Below are positions 53,754 through 64,000 of a stretch of 64,000 bases of DNA, piece after piece. Both the position numbers and the translations under genes were made by a program. The notes beneath the pieces are model-generated. The model was not told where the DNA came from. It made no database searches and worked only from the letters and a program-made list of their open reading frames with translations. The stretch is from Candidatus Tenderia sp. (GTDB taxonomy: Bacteria > Pseudomonadota > Gammaproteobacteria > Tenderiales > Tenderiaceae): the NCBI GenBank assembly GCA_031416075.1, contig JANOSY010000024.1:64001-128000 (forward strand). The letters are read 5' to 3'. Position 1 is the first letter of the stretch. The number at the start of each line of letters is the position of its first letter.

Positions 53754-55823
53754 TCAGTCTAGCTGCACCTTTACGCTCACATATGCTGAAGGGCCAATTT
53801 CATTTAACTCTGCAAAACTGGCCTTAGGTCGCAAGACTTCCATCTCTTCATATTTACCTAACGCATTTCTGATGACCAAAGCCACCTCAATCTCATCACT
53901 CATCATCACAAATTTCCTGCTTATTTTCACATCAAGGCGGTGCACAACACTTCTCACCGCCTCAGCATCTGCCGACTCCCATCCCTGAATTTTATCAGTG
54001 AAGTAGTAACCAACACCGGCACTATACTCTTTGTCAAAATCAACCATATATAGCAGGCTTGCGCTATGTTTTGGGGCCATTAACACTGTTTTACCTGTGT
54101 CGGCATCACGCATATGGGTGTACGCATACCCCAAATAGAGACTGCTTCTCTCCGCCACAGTCAGCTTCGTCTCCAGCTCTACGCCTTTAATCACAATATG
54201 GCAACAGTTAAGATAGAGTGAGCTGTGCCCCAGACCAAATGTGCCGGGGTTATCAACTTTAAAGATCAACTCACTAAGGTCATCACGATAGATTTTAGCG
54301 TCAAAAAAAGCGCTGTCTGCCCGTGTCGCCAGATGGTAACCGAGTTCAAACGAAGTGATCTTCTCAACCCGCGTCTGCCGTGTCCCACCCCAGAAGAGCA
54401 GATCAAGCGCTGGGCCAGGGCCAGTCAATGTATTACCGCTATACAGATTGGTAGCTGCGCCATAGATACCGTAATCCGTTGCATACTCAAACATCGACGG
54501 GGTTCGCACGGCCTTTGACCCCGTCAAGCGCACACTCTGCATTGGTGAAAAACTGTAATTAACCCCCAGTCGTGGCGACACCGCCGTGCCGGTCGTACTG
54601 TAATCTTCCACCATCAAACCTGCATTAAATAACCATGGGTTATTTGCGTTCCATTCAACATTCACAAATCCATATTTAAGGTAATTATTGATGGTGACAT
54701 CACCCATCAAATTTCTGCCGCCCCACACCTTGTCATCACGCAAACCACCCCCCCACGCCACACGCAAATTATCAAGCGGGGAAACATTATGTTGCAGTGC
54801 AAGATCGTAACGATCGGTACGACGACCAAAATCAACTTCATTGTAGGGAGATACAGGATCAATGGCCAATCCTGGCGCAAGCCGGAAGGCACCTGTATGA
54901 AATGATTCAACGTTATGGTTGTAGATATGGTAAAGCTGAACCGACAAACTCTCTCCCAGCCCTAATGTTCGCTCCCATTTAATGCTTTGGTTATGGTTTA
55001 GCTCATGTTTTTCACGATCCACACTCAAATCAGGCACATACCGATTTTCCACTTGGCGCGGTCCCATCCCAACCCCGCCGGAAAATGTTAACGCATCTAT
55101 CGAACTCAGCGCATAATCGGCTCGCACCGAAAAAGTATTGGTACGCTTATCGTCATATCGTTTGGCAAAACCATCATCCTCGCTAAAACCAGCGCTAACC
55201 CGATAATCAAGCTTTCCACTTCCACCACCATGCCGCACAAAAATCTCGCGCACACCCTGCGTTCCAGCATTCACTTTTATTGACGATACGCCACGGTCAA
55301 GAAGTGCTGAACGGGTAATGATATTGATCACCCCCAGAAAGGAGTTGGCCCCGTAACTGGCGGAATTAGGACCCCGTACAACTTCAATACGCTCAATATC
55401 ATCCAGCGTCACATCCAGCGTAGACCAGGGAGTATCACCAATGGCTGTGGTATAGACCGAGCGGCCATCAACCAATACCTGCATACGACGGGCATAACGC
55501 TCATCTGACATGTGATAGCTCACTGAAGCGGAGTGTCCGTCATGGTAACCAACAATAAACCCCGGCACTAACCGAAACAGCTCCGGGATCTCCCGTGCCC
55601 CCGATGCCTCAATCATGCGTCTGTCGATCACAGTCACCGCCACTGGTGCATCCACAGCCAGCTGTGGCATACGGGTTGCCGACATAACGACCGGCATATC
55701 CCCCCAGAAAACCTCCTCAGACAATGGTGAACTCATCTCATCTGCATGCAGGTTCATAGCAATAAGTGGTAGAGCCAGACCCACTATCCCCAAATGTTTT
55801 TTACTGTTTTTAATTGTAGACAC
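53754..55823 (-). CDS. TonB-dependent receptor
   Basis: Plug motifs (PVVMSATR, APVAVTVID, LVDGRS, IERIEVVRGPNSASYG...GVINIIT) and alternating beta-barrel pattern. Confidence 0.9.
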   Translation of the reverse strand: MSTIKNSKKHLGIVGLALPLIAMNLHADEMSSPLSEEVFWGDMPVVMSATRMPQLAVDAPVAVTVIDRRMIEASGAREIPELFRLVPGFIVGYHDGHSASVSYHMSDERYARRMQVLVDGRSVYTTAIGDTPWSTLDVTLDDIERIEVVRGPNSASYGANSFLGVINIITRSALLDRGVSSIKVNAGTQGVREIFVRHGGGSGKLDYRVSAGFSEDDGFAKRYDDKRTNTFSVRADYALSSIDALTFSGGVGMGPRQVENRYVPDLSVDREKHELNHNQSIKWERTLGLGESLSVQLYHIYNHNVESFHTGAFRLAPGLAIDPVSPYNEVDFGRRTDRYDLALQHNVSPLDNLRVAWGGGLRDDKVWGGRNLMGDVTINNYLKYGFVNVEWNANNPWLFNAGLMVEDYSTTGTAVSPRLGVNYSFSPMQSVRLTGSKAVRTPSMFEYATDYGIYGAATNLYSGNTLTGPGPALDLLFWGGTRQTRVEKITSFELGYHLATRADSAFFDAKIYRDDLSELIFKVDNPGTFGLGHSSLYLNCCHIVIKGVELETKLTVAERSSLYLGYAYTHMRDADTGKTVLMAPKHSASLLYMVDFDKEYSAGVGYYFTDKIQGWESADAEAVRSVVHRLDVKISRKFVMMSDEIEVALVIRNALGKYEEMEVLRPKASFAELNEIGPSAYVSVKVQLD

Positions 55824-56046
55824 TGAAATTTAAAACCCCATATGTAACCACTAGCCCCCTCCCCGAGCATGTATATTAGTCAATCACGTCACACTTATAT
55901 ACCCTTATATACCTCCCAACCCATCACTTAACAGAAACCATACCTACGGCGAGCACCCCGCAACACCCGATTCACTCAGACTTTTCCCGCAACAGGTCGA
56001 TAACCCAAACAGACCCAATATCTGTACTAACAGAAAGGGAGCGGCG

Positions 56047-57903
56047 ATGAGCAAACTGTTTGAAGGGCTTGAACGCATCGAAGAGGCGCGTGAACAGATC
56101 AAAGGTGCCAGCTTCATGTCCGGCCTCTACACTGGCAGACCCGACTTCGATCTACTGCTGCCCCCGCCCGAATCAGCCGAAGAGAGGGCTGTTGGTCTGG
56201 CCTACTGCCAAGAGATCGAGACCTTCCTCATCAACCACGTTAATGCCGACGAGATCGAACGCAGTGGCAAGATCCCTGAATCAGTATTAAACGGCCTGCT
56301 GGCGATGGGTGCCTTTGGCATGAAGATCCCCACGGAGTACGGCGGTCTCGGCTTCTCCCACACCAACTACGGCCGCGTGCTAACTGTGATCGCCAGCTGG
56401 AGCAACATCCTCTCGCTCACCGTCGCCGTACCGCAGTCGATCGGCATCGCCATGCCGATCATGCTCTACGGCAACCAGCAGCAGAAGGATAAATACCTGC
56501 CCATCGTCGCCCGCCACGCCATCTCCGCCTTTGCACTGACAGAGCCGACCACCGGCTCCGACGCCGCCAACGTGCAGACCGAAGCAGTGCTGAGCAGCGA
56601 CGGCAACTACTACACCATCAACGGCAACAAACAGTGGTGCACCAACAGCCCCATCGCCCGTTACCTGACGCTGATCGCCCGTGTACCCGCCCGCAAGGAG
56701 AATGGCCGCTGGGTGGCTGTGCCCAATGGTGAAGGGGCCGAATCAAAGGTCCACACCGCCCTTATCCTCGACATGCAAACGCCTGGCGTGGTGGTCAATC
56801 AGCGCTGCGAATTCGAAGGGTGTCGCGGTATCGAAAACGGTTTCATGACCTACACCGATGTAAAAATTCCTGCTGACTGTGTCATTGGCGAGATCGGCAG
56901 CGGCCTCAAATACGCGCTCTCAATCCTCAACATCGGTCGCGCCGTGAGTGTGCCCGCCATCTGCCTAGGCATGGCCAAACAGGCGTGGCAGCCCACTCTC
57001 GACCGCGCCAACAGCCGCATCACCTTTGGCAAACCGTTGTCATCACGGCAGACGCAGCAGATCCGTATCGGCAAGATGGCCACCAGCCTCTTTGCCATGG
57101 AGGCGTTATGTGAATTGGCGTGGCAGATGGCTGATCAAAAACAGTACGACGTACGTATTGAGGCCGCCCTCACCAAGATCATCTGCTCTGAGCAGACAAT
57201 CCAGTTTCTCAATGACGCCCAGGTGATCTTCGGCGGCATGGGTTATGAGACTGCCGACTCCAAACGGGTGCGCGGTGAACCCGCCTTTGGCCTGGAGCAG
57301 CTGGTGCGCGACGCGACCATGTATCGCATCGGCGAAGGGGCTACTGACATCCTGCGCCCCTTTGTTGCCCGTGAAGGACTCAATATCCATCTCGAACAGA
57401 TTAAAGACACAATGGATGACGGCATCAAACTCAGCGCCCTACCGCGCCTGCTACGTTTTTATATCCCCTGGTACCTGCGCCAGTGGAAGAGACAACCTAT
57501 CCCCAATGGTTCCGAATTTAACCATCCACGCGTACGCATAAAGCTGGAATATATAGAGAACACCAGCCGCGCCCTGGCACGGCGCATCTTCTACGCCATG
57601 CTCATCTGCCGCGAGTCGATGCGTGACGACCAGGGGCGACAAAACCGTATCGACATCGTTGGTGAAGAGCTCTTCACCATCATCGCTACCGCACTGCACG
57701 CACAGAAGATCAACCAGGAGTACGCCTGGCAGCTCGCTGATGAACAATACCGCATCAGCAAAAAACTGATTTGCACCACACTCAAAGGGCTACTGATCAA
57801 CGATGATCATGAACATGAAGCCATTGGTTTACGAGCCATCAAGGGTGATTACAACGCCCTCAACGACGGCATCATTCAGCGCGGGCTGGATGATTACCAT
57901 TAA
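56047..57903 (+). CDS. Acyl-CoA dehydrogenase (long, ~620 aa type)
   Basis: YGGLG, AFALTEPTTGSD, NGNKQW, FGGMGY and RIGEGA motifs. Confidence 0.93.
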   Translation: MSKLFEGLERIEEAREQIKGASFMSGLYTGRPDFDLLLPPPESAEERAVGLAYCQEIETFLINHVNADEIERSGKIPESVLNGLLAMGAFGMKIPTEYGGLGFSHTNYGRVLTVIASWSNILSLTVAVPQSIGIAMPIMLYGNQQQKDKYLPIVARHAISAFALTEPTTGSDAANVQTEAVLSSDGNYYTINGNKQWCTNSPIARYLTLIARVPARKENGRWVAVPNGEGAESKVHTALILDMQTPGVVVNQRCEFEGCRGIENGFMTYTDVKIPADCVIGEIGSGLKYALSILNIGRAVSVPAICLGMAKQAWQPTLDRANSRITFGKPLSSRQTQQIRIGKMATSLFAMEALCELAWQMADQKQYDVRIEAALTKIICSEQTIQFLNDAQVIFGGMGYETADSKRVRGEPAFGLEQLVRDATMYRIGEGATDILRPFVAREGLNIHLEQIKDTMDDGIKLSALPRLLRFYIPWYLRQWKRQPIPNGSEFNHPRVRIKLEYIENTSRALARRIFYAMLICRESMRDDQGRQNRIDIVGEELFTIIATALHAQKINQEYAWQLADEQYRISKKLICTTLKGLLINDDHEHEAIGLRAIKGDYNALNDGIIQRGLDDYH

Positions 57904-58002
57904 CCCCTAAAAAGGTGAAGGTGCTGCCAGTACACTATATTTAGACCCACAAATACACCACGGAAGGACGATGATCGATAGAGAGTAGAGAGGTTGAAAG
58001 AG

Positions 58003-59139
58003 ATGAACGCATCAGAGAGACCCGACCACAGCAACCCCCTTGGCAGCGAGACCAGAGTCGTCGCCTTCGAGATCAAACACACCCAGATCATCGACCACCA
58101 CGGCGCTCCCCTCGGCCCACTTCCCGATTTTGCCAAAAACCCAGCGGAACTGATCAAACTCTATCGCGCCATGGTGCTCACACGCCTCTTCGACAACAAA
58201 GCGATTGCACTGCAACGCACCGGCAAGATGGGTACCTACGCCTCATCCAACGGCCAGGAGGGGGTCGCCGTCGGCATGGGCAGCGCCATGCAACCATGCG
58301 ACGTCTTTGCCCCCGTCTACCGAGAATATGGCACGCAGTTTATGCGCGGCGTCGCCATGCACGAGATCCTGCTCTACTGGGGTGGTGACGAACGTGGCAT
58401 GAACTACGCGCAACAGCGTCAGGACTTCCCCATCTCCGTGCCCATCGCCAGCCAGATCCCTCACACCGTTGGTGCAGCGTTTGCCATGAAGCTACGCAAA
58501 GAGCCACGTGTCAGCGTCGGCGTGCTCGGTGATGGCGCATCGTCAAAAGGGGACTTCTATGAATCACTCAACATCGCCGGTGCCTGGCAACTGCCAGTGG
58601 TAATTGTGATCGTCAACAACCAGTGGGCCATCTCGCTGCCACGTCACGAACAGAGTTTCGCCGCTACCCTGGCACAAAAGGGCATCGCAGCAGGTGTCCC
58701 CTGCGAACAGGTGGACGGCAACGACGTCATCGCCATGCGCTATATTATGGAGCGGGCACTCGAACGCGCCCGCAACGGTGACGGTCCGACACTCATCGAG
58801 GCACTCACCTACCGCATGAGTGACCATACCACTGCCGACGACGCCAGCCGCTATCGCCCACCCGCTGAGCTGGAGGGGCAGCGCCAGTTTGATCCGATCA
58901 TGCGTTTAAAAAATTATCTCACCCGCAACGTTGACTGGGACGATGCAAAAGAGCAGGCGTTACAGGCCGAGTGCAGTGCCGAAATCGAGAGCGAGGTGAA
59001 ACTCTACCTCGATACACCACCCATGCCGCCCGAAAGCATGTTTGACCACCTCTACGAAACCCTGCCCGCCATCTATAAAGAGCAGCGTGACGAAGTAATT
59101 CGGCTTGGTTCTACAAGGGGAGGAGAAGATCATGGCTGA
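58003..59139 (+). CDS. pdhA: 2-oxoacid (pyruvate/branched-chain) dehydrogenase E1 alpha
   Basis: GQE, GDGASS...NNQWAIS TPP motif and YR..HTTADD; substrate not resolvable by eye. Confidence 0.85.
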   Translation: MNASERPDHSNPLGSETRVVAFEIKHTQIIDHHGAPLGPLPDFAKNPAELIKLYRAMVLTRLFDNKAIALQRTGKMGTYASSNGQEGVAVGMGSAMQPCDVFAPVYREYGTQFMRGVAMHEILLYWGGDERGMNYAQQRQDFPISVPIASQIPHTVGAAFAMKLRKEPRVSVGVLGDGASSKGDFYESLNIAGAWQLPVVIVIVNNQWAISLPRHEQSFAATLAQKGIAAGVPCEQVDGNDVIAMRYIMERALERARNGDGPTLIEALTYRMSDHTTADDASRYRPPAELEGQRQFDPIMRLKNYLTRNVDWDDAKEQALQAECSAEIESEVKLYLDTPPMPPESMFDHLYETLPAIYKEQRDEVIRLGSTRGGEDHG

Positions 59140-60112
59140 GATCACGATGGTAGAGGCGATCAACCTGGCGCTGGCACGAGCACTGGAAGAGGACCAGAAT
59201 GTTGTAGTCTTTGGTGAAGATGTGGGTGCCAATGGCGGTGTCTTCCGTGTCACCACTGGATTGCAAAAGCGGTTTGGTAGTGAGCGGGTACTCGATACGC
59301 CGTTGGCCGAGACCGCCATCGCCGGCATGGCGGTCGGCATGGCCACACAGGGGATCAGACCCGTCATCGAGATTCAATTCATGGGCTTTATCTACTCCGC
59401 CGTTGACCAGATCATCAACCACGCTTCACGCATGCGTAACCGCACCCGTGGCCGCCTCACCTGCCCAATGGTGCTACGCACACCCCACGGCGGTGGCATT
59501 CACGCCCCAGAACACCATTGCGAAAGTACCGAGTCGATGTTTGCCCACATGCCCGGTCTACGGGTTGTCATCCCCTCATCACCACAACGTGCCTACGGCC
59601 TACTGCTAGCGGCGATCCGCGATCCTGACCCGGTTATTTTTCTTGAACCATCGCGCCTCTATCGCCTGATGAAAGAGGAGGTGATCGACAACGGCGAAGC
59701 GCTGCCACTCGATGTCTGCTTCCAACTCCGTGATGGCAAAGATGTCACCCTCGTCACTTGGGGCGCGATGATTCACGAAACCATGCAGGCGGCAGATCAA
59801 CTGGCCAGCGAGGGGATCAGCGCTGAAGTGATCGACGTCGCCACCCTCAAACCACTCGACATGGAGACCATCCTCACCTCCGTCACCAAAACCGGGCGTT
59901 GCGTCATCGTGCACGAAGCGGCACGTACCTGCGCCATCGGCTCAGAGATCGCCGCGCAACTCGCTGAACGTGGCCTAATGTCACTCTTTGCACCAGTACA
60001 ACGTGTCACCGGCTACGACACCATCATGCCGCTCTTCCGGCTCGAGAAACTGTACATCCCCAGCACCGAACGAATCGTGGCAGCGGTCAAAAAGACACTG
60101 GAGGTATCATGA
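59132..60112 (+). CDS. pdhB: 2-oxoacid dehydrogenase E1 beta
   Basis: GEDVG.NGGVFR, DTPLAE, EIQFMGF and APEHH motifs. Confidence 0.87.
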   Translation: MAEITMVEAINLALARALEEDQNVVVFGEDVGANGGVFRVTTGLQKRFGSERVLDTPLAETAIAGMAVGMATQGIRPVIEIQFMGFIYSAVDQIINHASRMRNRTRGRLTCPMVLRTPHGGGIHAPEHHCESTESMFAHMPGLRVVIPSSPQRAYGLLLAAIRDPDPVIFLEPSRLYRLMKEEVIDNGEALPLDVCFQLRDGKDVTLVTWGAMIHETMQAADQLASEGISAEVIDVATLKPLDMETILTSVTKTGRCVIVHEAARTCAIGSEIAAQLAERGLMSLFAPVQRVTGYDTIMPLFRLEKLYIPSTERIVAAVKKTLEVS

Positions 60113-61230
60113 CTATTTTTAAACTCCCCGATCTGGGCGAAGGGCTGCAAGAGGCGGAGATTGTTGAATGGCTGATCAAAGAGGGCGATGAGGTTGCCCT
60201 TGATCAACCGATCCTCTCGGTCGAAACCGCCAAGGCAATTGTTGACGTCCCCAGCCCTGAAAAGGGACGTGTTAAAAAACTCTTTGTGAAGGCGGGTGAC
60301 ATTCCCAAGGTCGGCGCACCACTGGTGGAGTTTGAAACTGTTGCAACCCCTGAAGAGAAACAAGATACCGGTACCGTCGTCGGCCAGATGGAGATCAATA
60401 GAGGGGTAGTGAAAGAGGCGGCCGCCGTTGTTGGCAAGGCCAACAGCGCGGGTGGTGGCATCAAAGCAACCCCCGCTGTACGTGCCCTCGCCCACCGCAT
60501 GAATGTTGACCTTGCCGTTGTCACCCCCACGGGGGCAGATGGCGTCATCATCTCTGCCGATGTTGAGCGCGCCGCCAAAACACTCTCACAAGCCGGGCCA
60601 CTCGAACCGATGCGTGGTGTGCGTCGCGCCATGGCCCACATCATGGCCCAGGCCCATGCTGAGGTGGCCGATGTCACCATCGTTGACGACGCCGATATCA
60701 ACGACTGGCTGCCAGGAACCGATGCCACACTGCGATTGATCCGTGCCATCGTCATCGCCTGCAAGGTCGAGCCATCACTCAACGCCTGGTTCGACAGCAA
60801 AGAGATGGGGCGACGCCTGCTCAAACATGTCGATATCGGTGTTGCCGTGGATACCGAAGAGGGGCTCTTTGTCCCGGTACTGCGCGATGTCGCCAAACGG
60901 ACCAATGCCGATCTGCGTGATGCCCTTAACAAGATCAAGGAGCACGTCAAGGCGCGCACCATTCCACCAGAAGAGATGCGCGGCTATACCATCACCCTCT
61001 CCAACTTCGGTGCCCTCGGTGGTCGTTATGCCGATCCGATTGTAGTACCACCCACTGTAGCGATACTCGGCGCAGGACGGATGCGTGATGAGGTGGTGCC
61101 CTGCAATGGTGAAATCGTAATTCATCGCATCATGCCGCTGTCGCTGACGGTTGATCATCGTGCAGTGACCGGTGGTGAGGCTGCGCGGTTTTTGATGGCT
61201 GTTATAAAAGATTTGAAAAAGGCGGATTAA
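60109..61230 (+). CDS. 2-oxoacid dehydrogenase E2 (dihydrolipoamide acyltransferase)
   Basis: LPDLGEG...VETAKA lipoyl domain, ATPAVR E3-binding domain and DHRAVTG catalytic motif. Confidence 0.9.
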   Translation: MTIFKLPDLGEGLQEAEIVEWLIKEGDEVALDQPILSVETAKAIVDVPSPEKGRVKKLFVKAGDIPKVGAPLVEFETVATPEEKQDTGTVVGQMEINRGVVKEAAAVVGKANSAGGGIKATPAVRALAHRMNVDLAVVTPTGADGVIISADVERAAKTLSQAGPLEPMRGVRRAMAHIMAQAHAEVADVTIVDDADINDWLPGTDATLRLIRAIVIACKVEPSLNAWFDSKEMGRRLLKHVDIGVAVDTEEGLFVPVLRDVAKRTNADLRDALNKIKEHVKARTIPPEEMRGYTITLSNFGALGGRYADPIVVPPTVAILGAGRMRDEVVPCNGEIVIHRIMPLSLTVDHRAVTGGEAARFLMAVIKDLKKAD

Positions 61231-61283
61231 GCAGCTTAACCCCGACTCCTCAATGGAGAGGAGATAAAAGAGAAGGCCCTGAT

Positions 61284-62156
61284 ATGAATACCTACTCAGC
61301 AGGAAAACGTCTTCGTGATGCACTCCTTATAGAGCGCCCCTTGCAGATGGCTGGTGCCATCAACGCCTACTGCGCCCTGCTCGCTGAACACGCCGGTTTT
61401 AACGCGCTCTATATCTCCGGCGCCGGGATTGCCAACGCCTCTTACGGTCTACCCGATCTTGGTTTTACCACGCTCGATAATGTGGTCGAGGATATTCACC
61501 GTATCACCCATGCCACACACCTACCACTGCTGGTGGATGCCGACACTGGCTTTGATGATATCGCCACCACCACTGAACGTTTCATCGCTGCCGGTGCTGC
61601 AGGAATGCACATCGAAGATCAGGTGACACAGAAACGCTGCGGCCACCGCCCCAATAAAAAACTGGTGAGCAGCGATGAGATGTGTGACCGCATCCGCACC
61701 GCCGTCTCGGCCCGTAGCGATCCAAACTTCGTCATCATGGCTCGCAGTGATGCCCTCGCTGTGGAGGGTATGGCGTCGGCACTGCAACGTATCCAACACT
61801 ACGTTGATGCTGGCGCTGACATGATCTTCCCGGAGGCGCTGACCGCACTGGTGCAGTATCAACAGATTCGTAACACCATTAATGTACCGATCCTCGCCAA
61901 CATCACCGAGTTTGGCAAGACACCGCTGTTCACTGTCGCTGAGTTGCAGAGCGCCAGTGTCGATATCGCGCTCTATCCACTCACCGCCTTCCGCGCCATG
62001 AGCGCCGCCGCGCTCGATGTCTACACCACCCTGCGTACCACGGGCACACAAACAACGCTGCTCGACAAGATGCAAACACGTGAAGAGCTATACCACCACC
62101 TCGACTACTACCGTTATGAACAGCAACTGGATAAGGAGCTGGATCATGGAGAATGA
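61284..62156 (+). CDS. prpB: 2-methylisocitrate lyase
   Basis: GLPDLG, DADTGF, EDQ..KRCGH and [10 protein letters not shown] motifs. Confidence 0.95.
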   Translation: MNTYSAGKRLRDALLIERPLQMAGAINAYCALLAEHAGFNALYISGAGIANASYGLPDLGFTTLDNVVEDIHRITHATHLPLLVDADTGFDDIATTTERFIAAGAAGMHIEDQVTQKRCGHRPNKKLVSSDEMCDRIRTAVSARSDPNFVIMARSDALAVEGMASALQRIQHYVDAGADMIFPEALTALVQYQQIRNTINVPILANITEFGKTPLFTVAELQSASVDIALYPLTAFRAMSAAALDVYTTLRTTGTQTTLLDKMQTREELYHHLDYYRYEQQLDKELDHGE

Positions 62157-63264
62157 GCATAAAGGTCTGGCGGGCATCGTCGCCGGTCGCACCGCCATCT
62201 CAACAGTGGAGACAACGGGCAGCGGCCTCTTCTATCGTGGTTACTCCATCAACGATCTGGCTGAACATGCCAGCTTTGAAGCGGTGGCCTATCTGCTGAT
62301 CCACGGCGCACTGCCCAATGAGATCGAACTGGGACACTACAAACAGAAGCTGCAATCACTGCGTGAGATCCCCGGCGCACTCAAACTCATGCTCGAACAC
62401 ATTCCAACCACCGCCCACCCCATGGACGTACTGCGCACTGGCTGCTCCATGCTCGGCACGCTGGAGCCGGAGACAAAAGATAATCCTGCCGAAGAGATTG
62501 CCGACCGTTTGCTCGCCTGCTTTGGTTCGATGCTGCTCTACTGGTATCACTTTCACCAAAGTGGCAAACGGATTCATGTCACTAATAATGAAGAGGGGGT
62601 TGCCGGTCACTTTTTCCATCTACTGCACAACAGACAACCCCATGGCGAAGAGCAGCGCGCTATTGATGTCTCGCTGATACTCTACGCTGAACATGAGTTC
62701 AACGCCTCCACCTTTACCGCACGTGTCACCACCTCAACACTTTCCGATTTCTATTCAGCCATCTGTAGCGCTATCGGCACACTACGCGGTCCATTACACG
62801 GTGGTGCCAACGAAGCGGCGATGGAGCTGCTTAACCGTTTTAAAGATGCGGATGAGGCGGAACACGGCATAATGAAAATGCTGGAGGATCATCAACTGGT
62901 GATGGGCTTTGGCCACCGCGTCTACAAACAGGGCGACCCGCGCTCCTCCATCATCAAAGCCTGGTCAAAAAAGCTGGCGGACCATCACAACGGCGCAACA
63001 CTCTTCGAGATCTCTGAACGGATCGAGCAGGTGGTGATGCGTGAAAAGAAGATGTGTCCCAATCTTGATTTTTACAGCGCCTCTGCCTACCACTACTGCG
63101 GCATACCTACGTCACTCTTCACGCCGATCTTTGTTATCGCCCGTACCAGCGGCTGGGCGGCACACATCATCGAACAGCGCCGCGAAAACAGATTGATCCG
63201 ACCAACGGCTGAGTACGTCGGTCCCGCGCCCAGGCCATTTCCAAATAATAAAGGCATCCAGTGA
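62146..63264 (+). CDS. prpC: 2-methylcitrate synthase
   Basis: [26 protein letters not shown] and PNLDF motifs; lies between prpB and prpD. Confidence 0.94.
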   Translation: MENEHKGLAGIVAGRTAISTVETTGSGLFYRGYSINDLAEHASFEAVAYLLIHGALPNEIELGHYKQKLQSLREIPGALKLMLEHIPTTAHPMDVLRTGCSMLGTLEPETKDNPAEEIADRLLACFGSMLLYWYHFHQSGKRIHVTNNEEGVAGHFFHLLHNRQPHGEEQRAIDVSLILYAEHEFNASTFTARVTTSTLSDFYSAICSAIGTLRGPLHGGANEAAMELLNRFKDADEAEHGIMKMLEDHQLVMGFGHRVYKQGDPRSSIIKAWSKKLADHHNGATLFEISERIEQVVMREKKMCPNLDFYSASAYHYCGIPTSLFTPIFVIARTSGWAAHIIEQRRENRLIRPTAEYVGPAPRPFPNNKGIQ

Positions 63265-64000
63265 TGAGCAACATTAACCACAATACCCGCCCACCATTCG
63301 ACACACTATTAGTAGAGATTGCCCACTACGCCCAGCACTACAACAGCGCCAGCGCCGAAGCGCTCGACACCGCCCGCTACTGCCTGATGGATGCGCTTGG
63401 CTGCGCCATGTTGGCATTACATGAACCGGAGTGTCAGCGCCATCTTGGCCCCATCGTTCCCGGCGCTGTATTGACCAACGGCGTGCGTGTGCCCGGCACA
63501 ACATATGAACTTGATCCGGTACAGGCGGCCCACAACATCGGCAGCATGGTACGCTGGCTCGATTACAACGACACCTGGCTCGCCGCCGAGTGGGGCCACC
63601 CCTCCGACAACCTGGGCGCCATTCTCGCCTGTGCCGATTACATCAGCCGCCAAGGCACAACACCACTCACCATGAACGACGTGCTCAACGCCATGATCAA
63701 GGCCTATGAGATTCAGGGGGTGCTGGCACTCAACCACAGCTTCAACCGTGTTGGTATCGACCATGTAATCTTGGTCAAGATCGCCTCTACTGCTGTCGCC
63801 ACCGCACTGCTTGGCGGCGACCAACAGGCCATCATCAACGCCCTCGCCAACGCCTGGCTCGATGGCGGTACCCTGCGTACCTATCGCCACGCCCCCAATA
63901 CCGGCTGGCGCAAGTCGTGGGCGGCAGGCGACGCCACAGCCCGCGCCGTACGCCACGCCCATCTCGCCCTCAAGGGTGAGATGGGTTACCCCAGCGCCCT
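63264..64000 (+). CDS. prpD: 2-methylcitrate dehydratase (3'-truncated by window edge)
   Basis: Translated by hand from the ATG at 63264: [33 protein letters not shown] and [18 protein letters not shown]. Confidence 0.95.
   Translation, partial: MSNINHNTRPPFDTLLVEIAHYAQHYNSASAEALDTARYCLMDALGCAMLALHEPECQRHLGPIVPGAVLTNGVRVPGTTYELDPVQAAHNIGSMVRWLDYNDTWLAAEWGHPSDNLGAILACADYISRQGTTPLTMNDVLNAMIKAYEIQGVLALNHSFNRVGIDHVILVKIASTAVATALLGGDQQAIINALANAWLDGGTLRTYRHAPNTGWRKSWAAGDATARAVRHAHLALKGEMGYPSA

Overview
A mostly housekeeping 64-kb stretch of a gammaproteobacterial chromosome. The lineage is inferred from gene order only; no species can be assigned. In order: dxs (5'-partial)-queD-folE2; a HAMP-PAS-GGDEF-EAL protein; glyA-nrdR-ribD-ribE-ribBX-ribH-nusB-thiL-pgpA (minus); a diguanylate cyclase remnant; queA-tgt-yajC-secD-secF (minus); tRNA-Leu(CAA); a stand-alone second glgC; an ~890-aa lipoprotein of unknown function; a DUF482/GNAT protein; rlmJ; a glycogen cluster (glgC-GH57-malQ divergent from glgB); leuCDB-asd-usg-fimV-ecfT-like (minus) with a divergent LysR regulator; a vWA protein plus an acidic membrane-anchored protein divergent from an MCP; rlmKL, fabAB, tsaA; a TonB receptor/substrate-binding pair followed by an unannotated 33-aa membrane peptide; and an acyl-CoA dehydrogenase-2-oxoacid dehydrogenase E1a/E1b/E2-prpBCD block (3'-partial). 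I saw no mobile elements or CRISPR arrays. The most notable signals are regulatory or hidden. The lone glgC has a sigma54 promoter with tandem NtrC-like sites. Sigma28-like promoters recur, including ahead of the uncharacterised vWA/acidic-anchor pair and the glycogen operon. There is also the small membrane protein and a beta-clamp-like motif on the NrdR tail. All calls are by eye, without database searches.
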